Source: a virus. Taken from it: DNA of 64,000 bases. Below are positions 20,613 to 30,520 of this stretch, in pieces. The stretch is from IMG/VR virus record IMGVR_UViG_3300038856_000064, positions 111,149 through 175,148 of that record. One strand, given 5' to 3'. Position 1 is the stretch's first letter. Every line of letters starts with the position of its first letter. The translations under genes were made by a program, and so were the position numbers. The notes under the pieces are model-generated. The model ran no database searches. It saw only the letters and a list, made by a program, of their open reading frames with translations, and was not told where the DNA came from.

Positions 20613-23600
20613 TAAATAACTCCTCCCTTTCGATTCATGGGGGTGTACCCCATCCCTCGACGCGGGGCATTCTTCAAAATATCTTGTGGTGTCCCACCGT
20701 AGGCTTTACCCCAAGATTTCTCATGTCCGTGTCCCTTAATAACTCTGGCTGCATGTGCGGCAAGTAGTAAGGCACTATAACGATCTCGACGACGGACATC
20801 TAGCCCATCAGGCTGATCACTCAATTTCTGTAATCCAAAACCTTCTGTACCCTTCTCTGTTACCGTCTGGACAATCGTGCATAATTCATTAGTAAGCTCT
20901 TGCATTTCTTTATAGGCACCTAAAGTAATAGGATCTCCATCATCATTTTCCGTACCATAGAGAAGGTTGTTAATATGCTCGACACACGCGATATGTTCAT
21001 TATCCTCATAATCAAATTCGGGCACGTCTAATAGTCTTTTTGCATGCTTTTCCATCACAATATCATCGTCGAGACGTCCAGGAAATATGACATTTTTCAT
21101 AATAAAGTCACGCTTTAAATTATGATTTGCTGGAACAGCCCAGGTATGGAAGTTGACCATTTCAAGGATGCGGCGAGCATTTGGGATTGCCTTATAATCA
21201 TCGCTTGGCTCAATTTCAATAATCGGCTGCTCGCCCTCCCTTAAGTATTTGGCGCTGGCTAACATTTCTTGAACGGTGTCGCCGCCACCACCTTTATCGC
21301 AAGCTATATAAGTAATGTTGGGGAACCTAGCTAATGCATCCTTAATACGATCAATACTCACTTCCCATTTAGACTTATTCCAACTATCACAATAAACCAC
21401 TTGGGCTGTTGTACCCACAAGCTTAAGGATGACTAAGCCGAAATTGTCATTCCAACGAGCAGGGTCGAGTCCCATAACATACTGAAACCCCGGTTCGCCA
21501 AACAGTTCATAATGAAATTCCTCAGGGTTTCCTTTACCTGGAGAGGCTGCATCAATAATAGAACGTGGGAAAAATCCATTAGTGTCTTTGCTAAATTTAC
21601 ATTCATATTCATGTCCAAAAATAACTGGATCCATAATTGCCTTATGGTTTGCTACGATATCACTATCTAAGAACCCCTCGGGCATTGCGTGATATGGTAA
21701 ACTAAATACGGCATACTCGTGCCAAATCTTTTTCCAACGCTCCAGCATCTCATCCGTAACACTTATAGTGCCGTCACGACTCTGGCGACGTAACCCCTCT
21801 TTGATGACCTGGGGATTCCCATTAGACTTAGCAAAAATATTATAAGCCTCGTAACGACGAAAGAAGTGACTAAACTGATAGGTCGCAGTTCCTGATAATA
21901 CTAGTTGGTTACCTCCACCTCGGCGCTCTTCTTCGATCTTGCCTATAATCTCTTCGTTCGCACCAAGCTTGCGTAAACGCGCTATAAACTCTTGGACAAT
22001 GACAGCTTCTGAGGGGTCAGCCTTAACAGAAAGGAACGGACCAATTGCTGTGTCGAATACCTGATCATCAATAGACGCAACTTCATCACAAACCAGAGTA
22101 GTATTATGATTCTTTATACCATTCCCGATAAAAGAATGTGACTCTGGAATTTCAAAATCATAAAGAATATGCTTGCCATCTAGCTTTTCAACACTCCTTA
22201 TAACCTTTTCTGTTTTTTCTTTACAAAACCTAATATCTAAATCTGCCTTTTTGTATACCTCAACAAAACGACTTGGTCGAATGGTATTAATAAACTTCAT
22301 CATCTGCACACCGTTAATACGTAGCATGTATTGCGGATGATCACTTAACTTACTTGACCTACTCGTCCTACTACACATAATACCTAGCTTTAGTAATAGA
22401 ACCTGAACATCCTTTCCTAGTTGCTCACTAGCGGTGTAATAAGAAATTCCTAAATTGTTTTCTCTAGTCTTATCCTTATATAGATAGGCAGTCCCATCTC
22501 CATCAAATAATCCAGTTAGGAATGAAATAACCTCATCTCTTGAACCATTCAAAATCGCAGCAGGAATCTTTTTAAATCGTGCAGTAGAATAACCTAGGCC
22601 GATTTCACTCTCTAGCCATTGACGTTGTTTCAGATTACCAAAATGAATTTCATACGACGGTTTGCTTGTCCACCCCCTAGGGTCTTCTCGTGGCGGACAA
22701 TAATACCTACTAGCTTTGCCAAATTTATCTATTGCAATTTGCTCAACTCTATCACAGAATTCTCCTACAGCATTCTTAACAGAAATTCTATACTTATTAG
22801 AGCAACATCCTTCAGAAATTACAGCCCCAAGCAACCAAGCTAGATCTACTCCAAGTTTTTCTTCACTATTAAACTTACCGCCCAACTCTAGTGGCAAAAA
22901 ATCCTTACTTGGTTGTAGCTTAACAGCATCCTTCCACCCCTTAGTTGTCCACAAACGATGAATATCAGAACATACAACCTCATATCCACATTCTGTTGTT
23001 ATTTTATACGCATCGATAGGACATGTCTTAACGAATTTACTAGGTGCAGCAAACTTACCATTACCATAATGAAGTGTTATATCTTCAGGATTATCGACTA
23101 TGTCTTTAATTCTACGCAAGCCATTATTAGTTTCTACTATAGTTGTTGGCTCTACGCATGCACGCATTCCTCGGACCTTAGAGCCATCTCCTACGGGAAT
23201 TCCGGTGATCTCAGTATTATGCCCAACCTTCAAATAAACCTTATCAGTAGCAAATTTAACACCAAAACTATTACCTGGATGAAACTTGCGGATCGTCTCC
23301 TCAATAATTGGACTACTCTTAATAATCTCATCAATATACTGAAAAGTAAACTTAGCCTGACGAAAACCACCAGAGACGATCACTACCTTTGTCCCTGGAA
23401 CAAGAAGGCATTTCAAAATACAATAAACCGCAAGCATATATGTTTTGCCAGCCCCACGACAAGCTAACACCATAGGAAACTTCTTTGCCCACATCATCTG
23501 AAGCATCACACTTTGGAAAGGTAATAATCGAAGTGGATCGCCGAACTTATTCCGAAATACAAGCTCAACAAATTTAGTCAGACTAATATCGGACACACGA

Positions 23601-23692
23601 TTAACTATATACGGATATTCTTTTTGGTCGTGTATATAGAGACTGTCACGAATTTTAGTTTCGTCAGTAATTATTTTAGTTTGGACAGACAT
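20609..23692 (-). CDS. terL: Terminase large subunit (intein-containing)
   Basis: Q motif LLPFQ, Walker A ACRGAGKT, Walker B LVCDE, motif III SGT, RNase H nuclease MGLDPA..D, DKGGGG, RDRYSA. Confidence 0.95.
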   Translation of the reverse strand: MSVQTKIITDETKIRDSLYIHDQKEYPYIVNRVSDISLTKFVELVFRNKFGDPLRLLPFQSVMLQMMWAKKFPMVLACRGAGKTYMLAVYCILKCLLVPGTKVVIVSGGFRQAKFTFQYIDEIIKSSPIIEETIRKFHPGNSFGVKFATDKVYLKVGHNTEITGIPVGDGSKVRGMRACVEPTTIVETNNGLRRIKDIVDNPEDITLHYGNGKFAAPSKFVKTCPIDAYKITTECGYEVVCSDIHRLWTTKGWKDAVKLQPSKDFLPLELGGKFNSEEKLGVDLAWLLGAVISEGCCSNKYRISVKNAVGEFCDRVEQIAIDKFGKASRYYCPPREDPRGWTSKPSYEIHFGNLKQRQWLESEIGLGYSTARFKKIPAAILNGSRDEVISFLTGLFDGDGTAYLYKDKTRENNLGISYYTASEQLGKDVQVLLLKLGIMCSRTSRSSKLSDHPQYMLRINGVQMMKFINTIRPSRFVEVYKKADLDIRFCKEKTEKVIRSVEKLDGKHILYDFEIPESHSFIGNGIKNHNTTLVCDEVASIDDQVFDTAIGPFLSVKADPSEAVIVQEFIARLRKLGANEEIIGKIEEERRGGGNQLVLSGTATYQFSHFFRRYEAYNIFAKSNGNPQVIKEGLRRQSRDGTISVTDEMLERWKKIWHEYAVFSLPYHAMPEGFLDSDIVANHKAIMDPVIFGHEYECKFSKDTNGFFPRSIIDAASPGKGNPEEFHYELFGEPGFQYVMGLDPARWNDNFGLVILKLVGTTAQVVYCDSWNKSKWEVSIDRIKDALARFPNITYIACDKGGGGDTVQEMLASAKYLREGEQPIIEIEPSDDYKAIPNARRILEMVNFHTWAVPANHNLKRDFIMKNVIFPGRLDDDIVMEKHAKRLLDVPEFDYEDNEHIACVEHINNLLYGTENDDGDPITLGAYKEMQELTNELCTIVQTVTEKGTEGFGLQKLSDQPDGLDVRRRDRYSALLLAAHAARVIKGHGHEKSWGKAYGGTPQDILKNAPRRGMGYTPMNRKGGVIY
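22103..23158 (-). mobile_element. 352-aa intein with LAGLIDADG homing endonuclease in terL
   Basis: RGMRA|CVEPTT...HN|TTLVCDE; block B CSDIHRL; LLGAVISEG and LTGLFDGDG; block F YDFEI. Confidence 0.95.
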
Positions 23693-23723
23693 TGCTAATT
23701 CCTAATTAATATGAAGGAGGCAA

Positions 23724-24032
23724 CTAGAAGATACCATCCTCTTCCTCTTCATCATCCCCAAACGCGCCGCTTAGTGGATTCGCCCCAAAGAATGGATGAA
23801 ACTCCATAATCTCCGATAAGCGCTTTTGAATCCGATACTTTTGAATTTGGTAATAAGCCTGACGAACATGGCGAAGAGCTAATTCATCATCTTGTGCATC
23901 CAAGCAAAACTGGTCATAAAGGCGCTTCATTTGGGCGCGAATCTCTAACTCCTGCTCGGTAAGATCAAAGATCTTGCGCCTGAAATTCTTAACTTTCTGC
24001 GTACTAGGTTTACTCATAGCCGATAACCCCAT
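23724..24032 (-). CDS. Hypothetical coiled-coil protein with acidic tail
   Basis: ORF directly upstream of terL. Confidence 0.5.
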   Translation of the reverse strand: MGLSAMSKPSTQKVKNFRRKIFDLTEQELEIRAQMKRLYDQFCLDAQDDELALRHVRQAYYQIQKYRIQKRLSEIMEFHPFFGANPLSGAFGDDEEEEDGIF

Positions 24033-24285
24033 CCTTTAGTAATATATGTGCAGCATCAGATGTATCAAGTATGCATAAGTCAAGGATATCGGCCATTTCT
24101 TCCGAATCTAATCCTGGTTGGGCGTCCAATAACGATAAAATCTTAGCCTTTATGTTGCTCATCAATAAGTCTTGGCACTCTTGTGAACAGTATGGTCTTC
24201 CAAAATCTTCTGGTAGCCAGACGACATCTAGAATAGAAACTTCGCTACCGCACCCATTGCATTCATAAACTCTATTGCTGTGCAT
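24010..24285 (-). CDS. Zn-finger (CxxC..CxxxC) plus wHTH-like protein
   Basis: CNGC and YCSQEC motifs. Confidence 0.5.
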   Translation of the reverse strand: MHSNRVYECNGCGSEVSILDVVWLPEDFGRPYCSQECQDLLMSNIKAKILSLLDAQPGLDSEEMADILDLCILDTSDAAHILLKDGVIGYE

Positions 24286-24598
24286 CGCACTGTTCCCTCC
24301 ACCCTCTCTCATTCGGATCTATCTCCGCAAATAACGGCACTGTATGTTGTAATTTATCTAAGTCATCTAGATGGATTTTCTCTGGATCATTCAAATGATG
24401 TGCGGCCTGTTGTTTCGCTATCATCTTTATTGAATCTGATATTATTCTTTTTGTTTGAGGGTGCATCCAACCGACAACTAGACGATGTTGTGTTAGTTGG
24501 GTGATATACTCCTGCTGTTTGCGAATAAGCTTATCCTTTTTGTCCACTAAGTGCGCCAAGTCGCGCAGCCAGTCACCAGTAGAAGACTCATTCTCCAT
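24272..24598 (-). CDS. Hypothetical protein
   Basis: 108-aa coupled ORF. Confidence 0.5.
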   Translation of the reverse strand: MENESSTGDWLRDLAHLVDKKDKLIRKQQEYITQLTQHRLVVGWMHPQTKRIISDSIKMIAKQQAAHHLNDPEKIHLDDLDKLQHTVPLFAEIDPNERGWREQCDAQQ

Positions 24599-24949
24599 CC
24601 TTGACCTCTATACATTTTAAAATTTTAATCTTATTACCATGAAATAGCTTCATGTCACAGACTATCTGATCTGGATCCGTTCCCCATACAGGAAGAAAGT
24701 AGGTATTCTCACCCAATAAAAAATAAAGATTATACTGCTTTACTTCTTTTAGTTCTATTTCGTCAAACATTATGATCCCCTGGCTATTTCTCGACCCGTT
24801 CAATTTCAGGATTATACTTTGCAATACGGTTTGTCAGAGCAACTAGTAAGTCACGTTGTTGATCAGAAAGACCTGACTCAGCCCGCATGGCTTCTAATAC
24901 ACCAATATCAGTCAACTCTTTATCCGTTAGACCCTCGAACCATTCTAAA

Positions 24950-25487
24950 TCAAGTTTCATCTTCTAACTCCTTTTGCTGACGCATTAGTCTCTTGCGGCG
25001 CCACTCATATGTTTTAAGCAAAATCTTCTTAGTGATACGCGGGGCATGTTTCTGTCCCGCAAATATAAACTGGAGCTTGTCTGTTTGGGATAGCGATATC
25101 AGCCAACTCTCCACCGCCGCGATACACTGCAACCTCTTATTAGTCCTGCCAATAAACGTCCAATTGCGCGGATCAAGAAACTCGGCATAAGTCTGCTCGA
25201 TAACAACATATCTATATTCGAACGTGCGCATTTTTGCAACACTTCGCATAAATACTTCTCTTTTGAGAATTACATTACTGTAAAGTTCCTTACCTCCGCT
25301 TTTTTTTTTCTACCACTACAAGATCTGGAATTTCTCGTATGGTATAGTCACCGGCATCAACTTTTTCCCTAATGTATGCTTTTATATCTTTATCTCCATT
25401 AGGATTTTCCTCAAATAGAGGCTTCTTTTCACGAGTGTCAATAATGAGTGTTGGCTTGACAGGGAGCGATGATTTTGCTCTTGACAT
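24950..25487 (-). pseudogene. ERCC4/XPF-family nuclease split by a frameshift in an A10 run
   Basis: IIDTREKKP..GDY..VVVEKK in the upstream frame and YVVIE in the downstream frame; removing one A at 25300-25309 gives a continuous 178-aa ORF. Confidence 0.8.
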
Positions 25488-25626
25488 CAATATGCCTCCA
25501 TGTTTTTTGTTGTCGAATTTTACTAATATTACTATGATCAACATTAAATTGATCTGCGATAGTATGATTGTCTAGTCCATCTAGAATCATCTGTTTTATC
25601 TGAATCGAGCCATTAGTCAGAAACAT
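25438..25626 (-). CDS. Stand-alone HTH of the type found at HNH endonuclease C-termini
   Basis: IADQFNVDHSNISKIRQQKTWRHI. Confidence 0.4.
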   Translation of the reverse strand: MFLTNGSIQIKQMILDGLDNHTIADQFNVDHSNISKIRQQKTWRHIDVKSKIIAPCQANTHY

Positions 25627-25873
25627 CTAGAAAGTTAATGAGGTTTTTGTTCCATGTAGTGCGCGGCTCGGGATTTGTAACCCATGGAGTGGGTGTAATA
25701 GGTATAGGCGGAGCATAGTCAATATTCCAGCCCCATATGATCCCCGCGCCAAAACAGCCATGGCATCTTACTCTAAAAGGCTTCTGAGATACAACTACAG
25801 AGCCAACTTGTGCGAGCTTCTTACCTAACTCGCCACGACCCTCGCATATCGGGCATTTGTGTGGTGTATTCAT
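25613..25873 (-). CDS. DnaJ-type Zn-finger small protein
   Basis: CPICEGRG and CHGCFGAG. Confidence 0.6.
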   Translation of the reverse strand: MNTPHKCPICEGRGELGKKLAQVGSVVVSQKPFRVRCHGCFGAGIIWGWNIDYAPPIPITPTPWVTNPEPRTTWNKNLINFLDVSD

Positions 25874-26217
25874 GATCGTTCCGTCTTAGTTCTTACTACT
25901 TCTTCACTAACAAGCTCTCCATCAAAGAACACCCTCTTGTGAAAGAAGGATGGACCTTCACGCGAATCCCATGCTCGCGATAGGTAATTATAACCAGACT
26001 CTGCGTCTGTATGACAACCAGTCATCTCCTCCAACACCTTGCGCGCTTCTTTATATGATTTTCGTTTTGGGTATTTCTTATTGGGGTCCTTATGTATCTT
26101 GATTGGCTTAGATCTTTTTTCAAGTAGGAGGTCAACTAGAATAGCGTTCCTCCTATCTATCTCCTTGCGATTCCAACGAAGCCTAAACCAATTAATTAGA
26201 TTCTTGAACATCATCAT
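25870..26217 (-). CDS. Hypothetical protein
   Basis: 115-aa coupled ORF. Confidence 0.5.
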   Translation of the reverse strand: MMMFKNLINWFRLRWNRKEIDRRNAILVDLLLEKRSKPIKIHKDPNKKYPKRKSYKEARKVLEEMTGCHTDAESGYNYLSRAWDSREGPSFFHKRVFFDGELVSEEVVRTKTERS

Positions 26218-27082
26218 CTCCTGTTTGTTCTAATTGTGGAGGCTTCGCGTTCAGCGGAGCCTCTAGGTATTCATCAAATGCCCCCACGAGCCAAGGGTGG
26301 CGCTGCCCATCTGGACCTACCTCTCCGGCAGCCATCCGGCGAAGTTCTTCGTCGGTGGCCCTATTAATTCGCTTAACGTCATCCACGATAGACTCGCGTC
26401 GTGCTTTTTCAGTTAACTGAAGTTGCAAGTCTAGGAATGTATTACGAGTATCTTTAATTTTGTCTAGGCGCTGCTTACGAGTTAGCTTGAGGTCATTTAG
26501 GAGTTCCATATATTCTTTGTGCCACTGCTCCACTTCTTTTTTGTAACTCTCGCGACCCCCCGCAAAGCGCTTCTTGGCTTTATCCGTATCCGAATCAGTA
26601 AGATGCCCCTCCATCTCCATCATCAGATAATTTTCAGCAGTACTCAAAAGAGCCTGCGCCCTTAAGTACTTAACGTTGCTATAAGAGCAACGAATAAGCA
26701 TCTCATTTTCGGCCTTTGTAAGGGACTCTTCGTCGGCGTCACCCCGCAAATCTTTGTATGTGTTTATGAAGAGTCTCTTCTGGTCATCATCCATCATATG
26801 CATCAACTCATGCGCAGTAAGAGACCCTGACATTTCTGACGGAAGCTGAATCGTAGATGAGGGGCGTCCAGGAATAGATAATGGCGTAGAAGTTGCTTGA
26901 GGGCTGGTCGGCTGAATAGCTTGCCCTGACCTCTCCTCTCTAACAATCTCACCAATGCTACGATACGCAGACTTTACGCCGGGGCGTAACCTCTCTGCAA
27001 TTTCTTTATATGTAAACCCCTCTTTAGAAAGCCGAACAGCCTCTTTCTTTTCGTCCGGTGACCATCTGCGTCTTGCATTCAT
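26192..27082 (-). CDS. HTH + coiled-coil protein, candidate terminase small subunit
   Basis: N-terminal WSPDEKKEAVRLSKEGFTYKEIAERL HTH and helical oligomerisation-like region; upstream of terL. Confidence 0.45.
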   Translation of the reverse strand: MNARRRWSPDEKKEAVRLSKEGFTYKEIAERLRPGVKSAYRSIGEIVREERSGQAIQPTSPQATSTPLSIPGRPSSTIQLPSEMSGSLTAHELMHMMDDDQKRLFINTYKDLRGDADEESLTKAENEMLIRCSYSNVKYLRAQALLSTAENYLMMEMEGHLTDSDTDKAKKRFAGGRESYKKEVEQWHKEYMELLNDLKLTRKQRLDKIKDTRNTFLDLQLQLTEKARRESIVDDVKRINRATDEELRRMAAGEVGPDGQRHPWLVGAFDEYLEAPLNAKPPQLEQTGDDDVQESN

Positions 27083-27084
27083 TA

Positions 27085-27900
27085 TTATATAACCGGATTA
27101 CGATTACGGTCAGTCTCTACACGCTGGATAGTTCCATCGCAAAACTCAAAATTTGTTACAATAACATCGTTCATTATATCATTTGACTGAGTCACCCCTA
27201 CTACGTCTGGGAAGGATTGCATCCAGATATCCTGAAGTGATGCGAAACTTAGACCCACAGTAGGGAAGATACTCTCTATATCTTCGGGGTCACTAGTACG
27301 CTGGGGCTCTTCTCCAACACATACCCTTTGTGATTTGCCACCAATACGATAAACATCCTCATAAATTTTTTCTGGAGGAAACATATCTTTTATAGCTTGC
27401 TTGAATTGCTCCGCAGACAACAACGCCTCCTTGCAAGCGTTTGAAAATGTAATTACACCATCACGAAATCGATTGGCAATATCAAAAACATCTAGAGAGT
27501 TATCAGGTTGGGGTAGCCTTGGGTGTCGCACGAATCTCTCGTCACAACTCCTACAAATGTATTTAAACTCTCCGAATGTATCTCTCGCCACAAATTCACG
27601 ATGCGCGCATCCTGCCGGAGATTCAGGCTCGGGCTTGATCCTTTGTTTTATATCGTCGATATCACCAACTTGGAATATTCCGTTATAATCTATAAAAATT
27701 GGCACTCCACAAATACTACCGATATTATATAGTTCACCAACACCAAGTTTTGCAAGTTCTGCCACGACGTGGCCACGCATTATAACTCTATTAATCGCAT
27801 CAAAAATATCTTGGTTAGTGATAGAAACGCCACCATAGAGATGTTCTGTCTGCGGTGGATTAGCTTTCCAAATAGCCGTCCATATTTGTTTATCACTCAT
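27085..27900 (-). CDS. Hypothetical multidomain protein
   Basis: ORF with CAH..CRSC motif. Confidence 0.5.
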   Translation of the reverse strand: MSDKQIWTAIWKANPPQTEHLYGGVSITNQDIFDAINRVIMRGHVVAELAKLGVGELYNIGSICGVPIFIDYNGIFQVGDIDDIKQRIKPEPESPAGCAHREFVARDTFGEFKYICRSCDERFVRHPRLPQPDNSLDVFDIANRFRDGVITFSNACKEALLSAEQFKQAIKDMFPPEKIYEDVYRIGGKSQRVCVGEEPQRTSDPEDIESIFPTVGLSFASLQDIWMQSFPDVVGVTQSNDIMNDVIVTNFEFCDGTIQRVETDRNRNPVI

Positions 27901-28621
27901 CGCCCTGCTCCTCAATTATCATCCTAACCTGTTTTTGTATAATCCTTCTATAGTGCACGGGGACACTATCTATTTTGCCGCCAACCATTTGATCATAATA
28001 TGGCACTAAAGATTCATCTAGAGAAGATCGGAGGGTGTCGTCCAAGTCGCATACGCCAGTAGTGGACCCGATGCTAAGAGATTCATGAGACGTAAAATCA
28101 GAATTCTCCTGATCATCTAGAAAAGAATTATAGCTTAATGGTGCCGCTATTGCTCTCTTGCGAGCCATCCTGTCTCTGTAAGATACGATGCGATCACAAC
28201 CAACCTCGTCGATCGCACAACCCTTTGTATCTTTTATGTAATGCTCACAGCGTAAGCATGGCGGGTTATTATCCAAGTAAACGCCGCGAAATTTATTGTA
28301 GAGCCCATTATCTACAACGCGCGCGACAAAGTGGAAGACCGACTTACCAAGTTTATCAGGATCGAACTTGTGTTCCAGAGCCTCCCAACACATAACACGG
28401 ATATCCTGTGCGAGGTCTTCTGGGTCAACACCTGGAAAATTATACTTAGTTTTCTTTATGCTGACTATTGTCTCAACTAGGTCCTGCGCATCATTATAGG
28501 CAAGGCCACTAGCTAATGGCTCAGTCTTCGGCTGAGCCACTGTAATCTTCTTCGCTTGTATATTTATGTCCCTTAGTGGAGTTTTCACGAAGAGCCTCTG
28601 CTTCATCCTTGACGTCTGCAT
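27893..28621 (-). CDS. Phage sigma70/ECF-like factor with Cys-rich insertion
   Basis: Region-2-like DPEDLAQDIRVMCWEALEHKFDPDK..FHFVARVVDNGLYNKFR; insertion CLRC..C..C. Confidence 0.65.
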   Translation of the reverse strand: MQTSRMKQRLFVKTPLRDINIQAKKITVAQPKTEPLASGLAYNDAQDLVETIVSIKKTKYNFPGVDPEDLAQDIRVMCWEALEHKFDPDKLGKSVFHFVARVVDNGLYNKFRGVYLDNNPPCLRCEHYIKDTKGCAIDEVGCDRIVSYRDRMARKRAIAAPLSYNSFLDDQENSDFTSHESLSIGSTTGVCDLDDTLRSSLDESLVPYYDQMVGGKIDSVPVHYRRIIQKQVRMIIEEQGDE

Positions 28622-28786
28622 GCGCCTTCGGCTCTATCTCACGAGGCGGCAATGCTGGATTAGGCTGTGCGAAACTGCGATCAGCCGCCTTGCCAGTATC
28701 GGCATTAATGTTGCGGGCTGGTGTCGTACCTCTAGAGACTGTTACGTTGTTCTTTGGCTTCTCGCCATCTTTAAATTGTGTTCCCA

Positions 28787-29218
28787 TTATAGAATCCTTC
28801 TGCTTGCATCCCTAAGAGTTTTCCAATATTTTTCATTATGTTCCGTCAATGCCTTTCTGGCATCCTTACTGTTAGGTATACAGAATTCTTGCGTTGACTC
28901 CTGTAAAATTTGATCGGCCTCTTCTTGAGTCATAATCTCTCCACTTTTGATCTTAACATGAAGAGGTTGGCGAGGATCATCATGCCTCATCTCGTGTCTA
29001 CTCTTAGGAAGTAGGCTATCTACTAAACTTGGAAACCCCTCAGCGAGGGCTTCATATTCTTTATTCCGCTCATATCTTGCAAGGGTACCTTTTAATTCAC
29101 GTCTAACCAGGGGGTTGGATGAAATCTTCCAAGCCGCAACTAGACGAGAAAAGAACATATATATATTTTTAAGTAGTTTCATCTCAACTCCCAGAGTATT
29201 GGGTGGCGGATTCGCCAA
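28787..29218 (-). CDS. Hypothetical protein
   Basis: ORF in the late arm. Confidence 0.45.
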   Translation of the reverse strand: MANPPPNTLGVEMKLLKNIYMFFSRLVAAWKISSNPLVRRELKGTLARYERNKEYEALAEGFPSLVDSLLPKSRHEMRHDDPRQPLHVKIKSGEIMTQEEADQILQESTQEFCIPNSKDARKALTEHNEKYWKTLRDASRRIL

Positions 29219-29459
29219 ACCATTTGCTTACCTGCTCGCGGATTTCATTTAAATCGCCACACAAAATGACTCCTTCCGCCTCCTCCACAGTCTTAGCAGG
29301 ATCTCCGCTCTCTACTGTCTCAGGTTTCAAAAATACTAACTTCAAAAAGACTACGCCCTCTCCCGCGAGAGGCACGAACGCCTGTCCCTTCATATCAGCC
29401 AGGGCTTCTTTTGTACCCTTCAATACTGTTATATTCATAGTTTTACTGTTCCATTCCAT
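29184..29459 (-). CDS. Hypothetical protein, first gene of the minus-strand arm
   Basis: Preceded by TTAGTGTAG motif at ~29463-29471. Confidence 0.5.
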   Translation of the reverse strand: MEWNSKTMNITVLKGTKEALADMKGQAFVPLAGEGVVFLKLVFLKPETVESGDPAKTVEEAEGVILCGDLNEIREQVSKWFGESATQYSGS

Positions 29460-29694
29460 TTCTACACTAAGTCCATATCTATATATTATGGGGAAAATGG
29501 CGAATAGTCCAAGTATTTTTTTATGTTCTTATAAAATGCCGCGTAGTTTAGGTGTTTCGTTTTGTGGGTAGGGAGCGAATGAACTGCTGAAGGATGCCAC
29601 CGCGGTCTCAGAATGAGACGGGGGCTCGAGAAAGTTGAAAAAACCCCACCCCTTTGGCACGTCCTTCGCTCTGCCGCTTTTTTCGACCGCAGAC

Positions 29695-29722
29695 TAAAGC
29701 TTAGGCTATGCTTGTCCGATAA
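29695..29722 (+). promoter_or_regulatory. sigma28 (FliA/SigD)-type promoter TAAA-N16-TCCGATAA
   Basis: Matches the sigma28 consensus; ATG 7 nt downstream (29730). Confidence 0.6.
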
Positions 29723-29729
29723 GGTGGTT

Positions 29730-29822
29730 ATGGAACGCACCGCAAACAGTCGCCTGCTCTTCGCCTTCTGCCTCGGAACCGCTTTCGGTTTCGCGGTGTC
29801 GATGTTCGTTGTCTTCGCATAG
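29730..29822 (+). CDS. 30-aa single-TM peptide (leaderless)
   Basis: MERTANSRLLFAFCLGTAFGFAVSMFVVFA. Confidence 0.5.
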   Translation: MERTANSRLLFAFCLGTAFGFAVSMFVVFA

Positions 29823-29834
29823 GAGCACCTAGAA

Positions 29835-30176
29835 ATGTCGCGCTTCGCAAATCGCAAGATCGTCCGCCACGAAAACGTCCTAGTCCAACGGGACGGATTC
29901 CGCATCATCGCAGCGGGAATCGGGTTCCGCGTAATGAACCGGGGAACCATGGTCGCCGAGACCGATTCGATTCTCGACGCCGAAATGATCCTCGACGCCG
30001 CGCTGGCGCGCAGGAACTCGCGGTTCGTCGCCGCAATCGCGGCGCAACTTGCGCGCGAAGAGACGTCATACGATGACATCGAACGTCAATCGGAATTGCA
30101 GCGAGAGGAATGCGCCGCAATGCGCGCGAACGGACGCAGCGCGATCGGGTTCGATGAGAACGGTGGGGCGATCTAA
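29835..30176 (+). CDS. Hypothetical early protein
   Basis: AGGAG RBS; GC3-rich codons. Confidence 0.65.
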   Translation: MSRFANRKIVRHENVLVQRDGFRIIAAGIGFRVMNRGTMVAETDSILDAEMILDAALARRNSRFVAAIAAQLAREETSYDDIERQSELQREECAAMRANGRSAIGFDENGGAI

Positions 30177-30289
30177 TGGGCAACAAGATCATGGAAGACT
30201 TCGGAGTATGGTTCGCCAAATGCGCAATCATCGGCTCGATTCCGGGCTTGATTGTCTGGACGATCTTCTGGTACTACGGGAACAACTAG
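30176..30289 (+). CDS. 37-aa single-TM peptide
   Basis: MGNKIMEDFGVWFAKCAIIGSIPGLIVWTIFWYYGNN; TAATG coupling. Confidence 0.5.
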   Translation: MGNKIMEDFGVWFAKCAIIGSIPGLIVWTIFWYYGNN

Positions 30290-30290
30290 A

Positions 30291-30488
30291 ATGATCCTGA
30301 TTCCCAAAAAGAGACTGGTGTCGCAAGCTCCGCTCCGATTCGTCGGCACGACAACGGAACCGGCGACGGGAGATACCTTCCCGGTGTTCGTAACTCGCGA
30401 CGGACACTACGTGACACCGGATTCGGGCGAGTTTCTCAAAAACGACTACTGTCCATGCATGTTCGGCGGAAAGTGGGAAAAGGACTAA
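30291..30488 (+). CDS. Hypothetical early protein
   Basis: Starts right after the previous stop. Confidence 0.55.
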   Translation: MILIPKKRLVSQAPLRFVGTTTEPATGDTFPVFVTRDGHYVTPDSGEFLKNDYCPCMFGGKWEKD

Positions 30489-30513
30489 AGTAATCCGGAC
30501 ACCTAGCCGATAA
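30486..30513 (+). promoter_or_regulatory. sigma28-type promoter TAAA-N16-GCCGATAA
   Basis: Perfect -10 octamer; ATG 7 nt downstream (30521). Confidence 0.68.
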
Positions 30514-30520
30514 GGGCAGT

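Noticed and set aside
1147-29571. Plus-strand ORFs in the structural arm
   Set aside because: Antisense shadows of long minus-strand genes; no RBS or protein motifs
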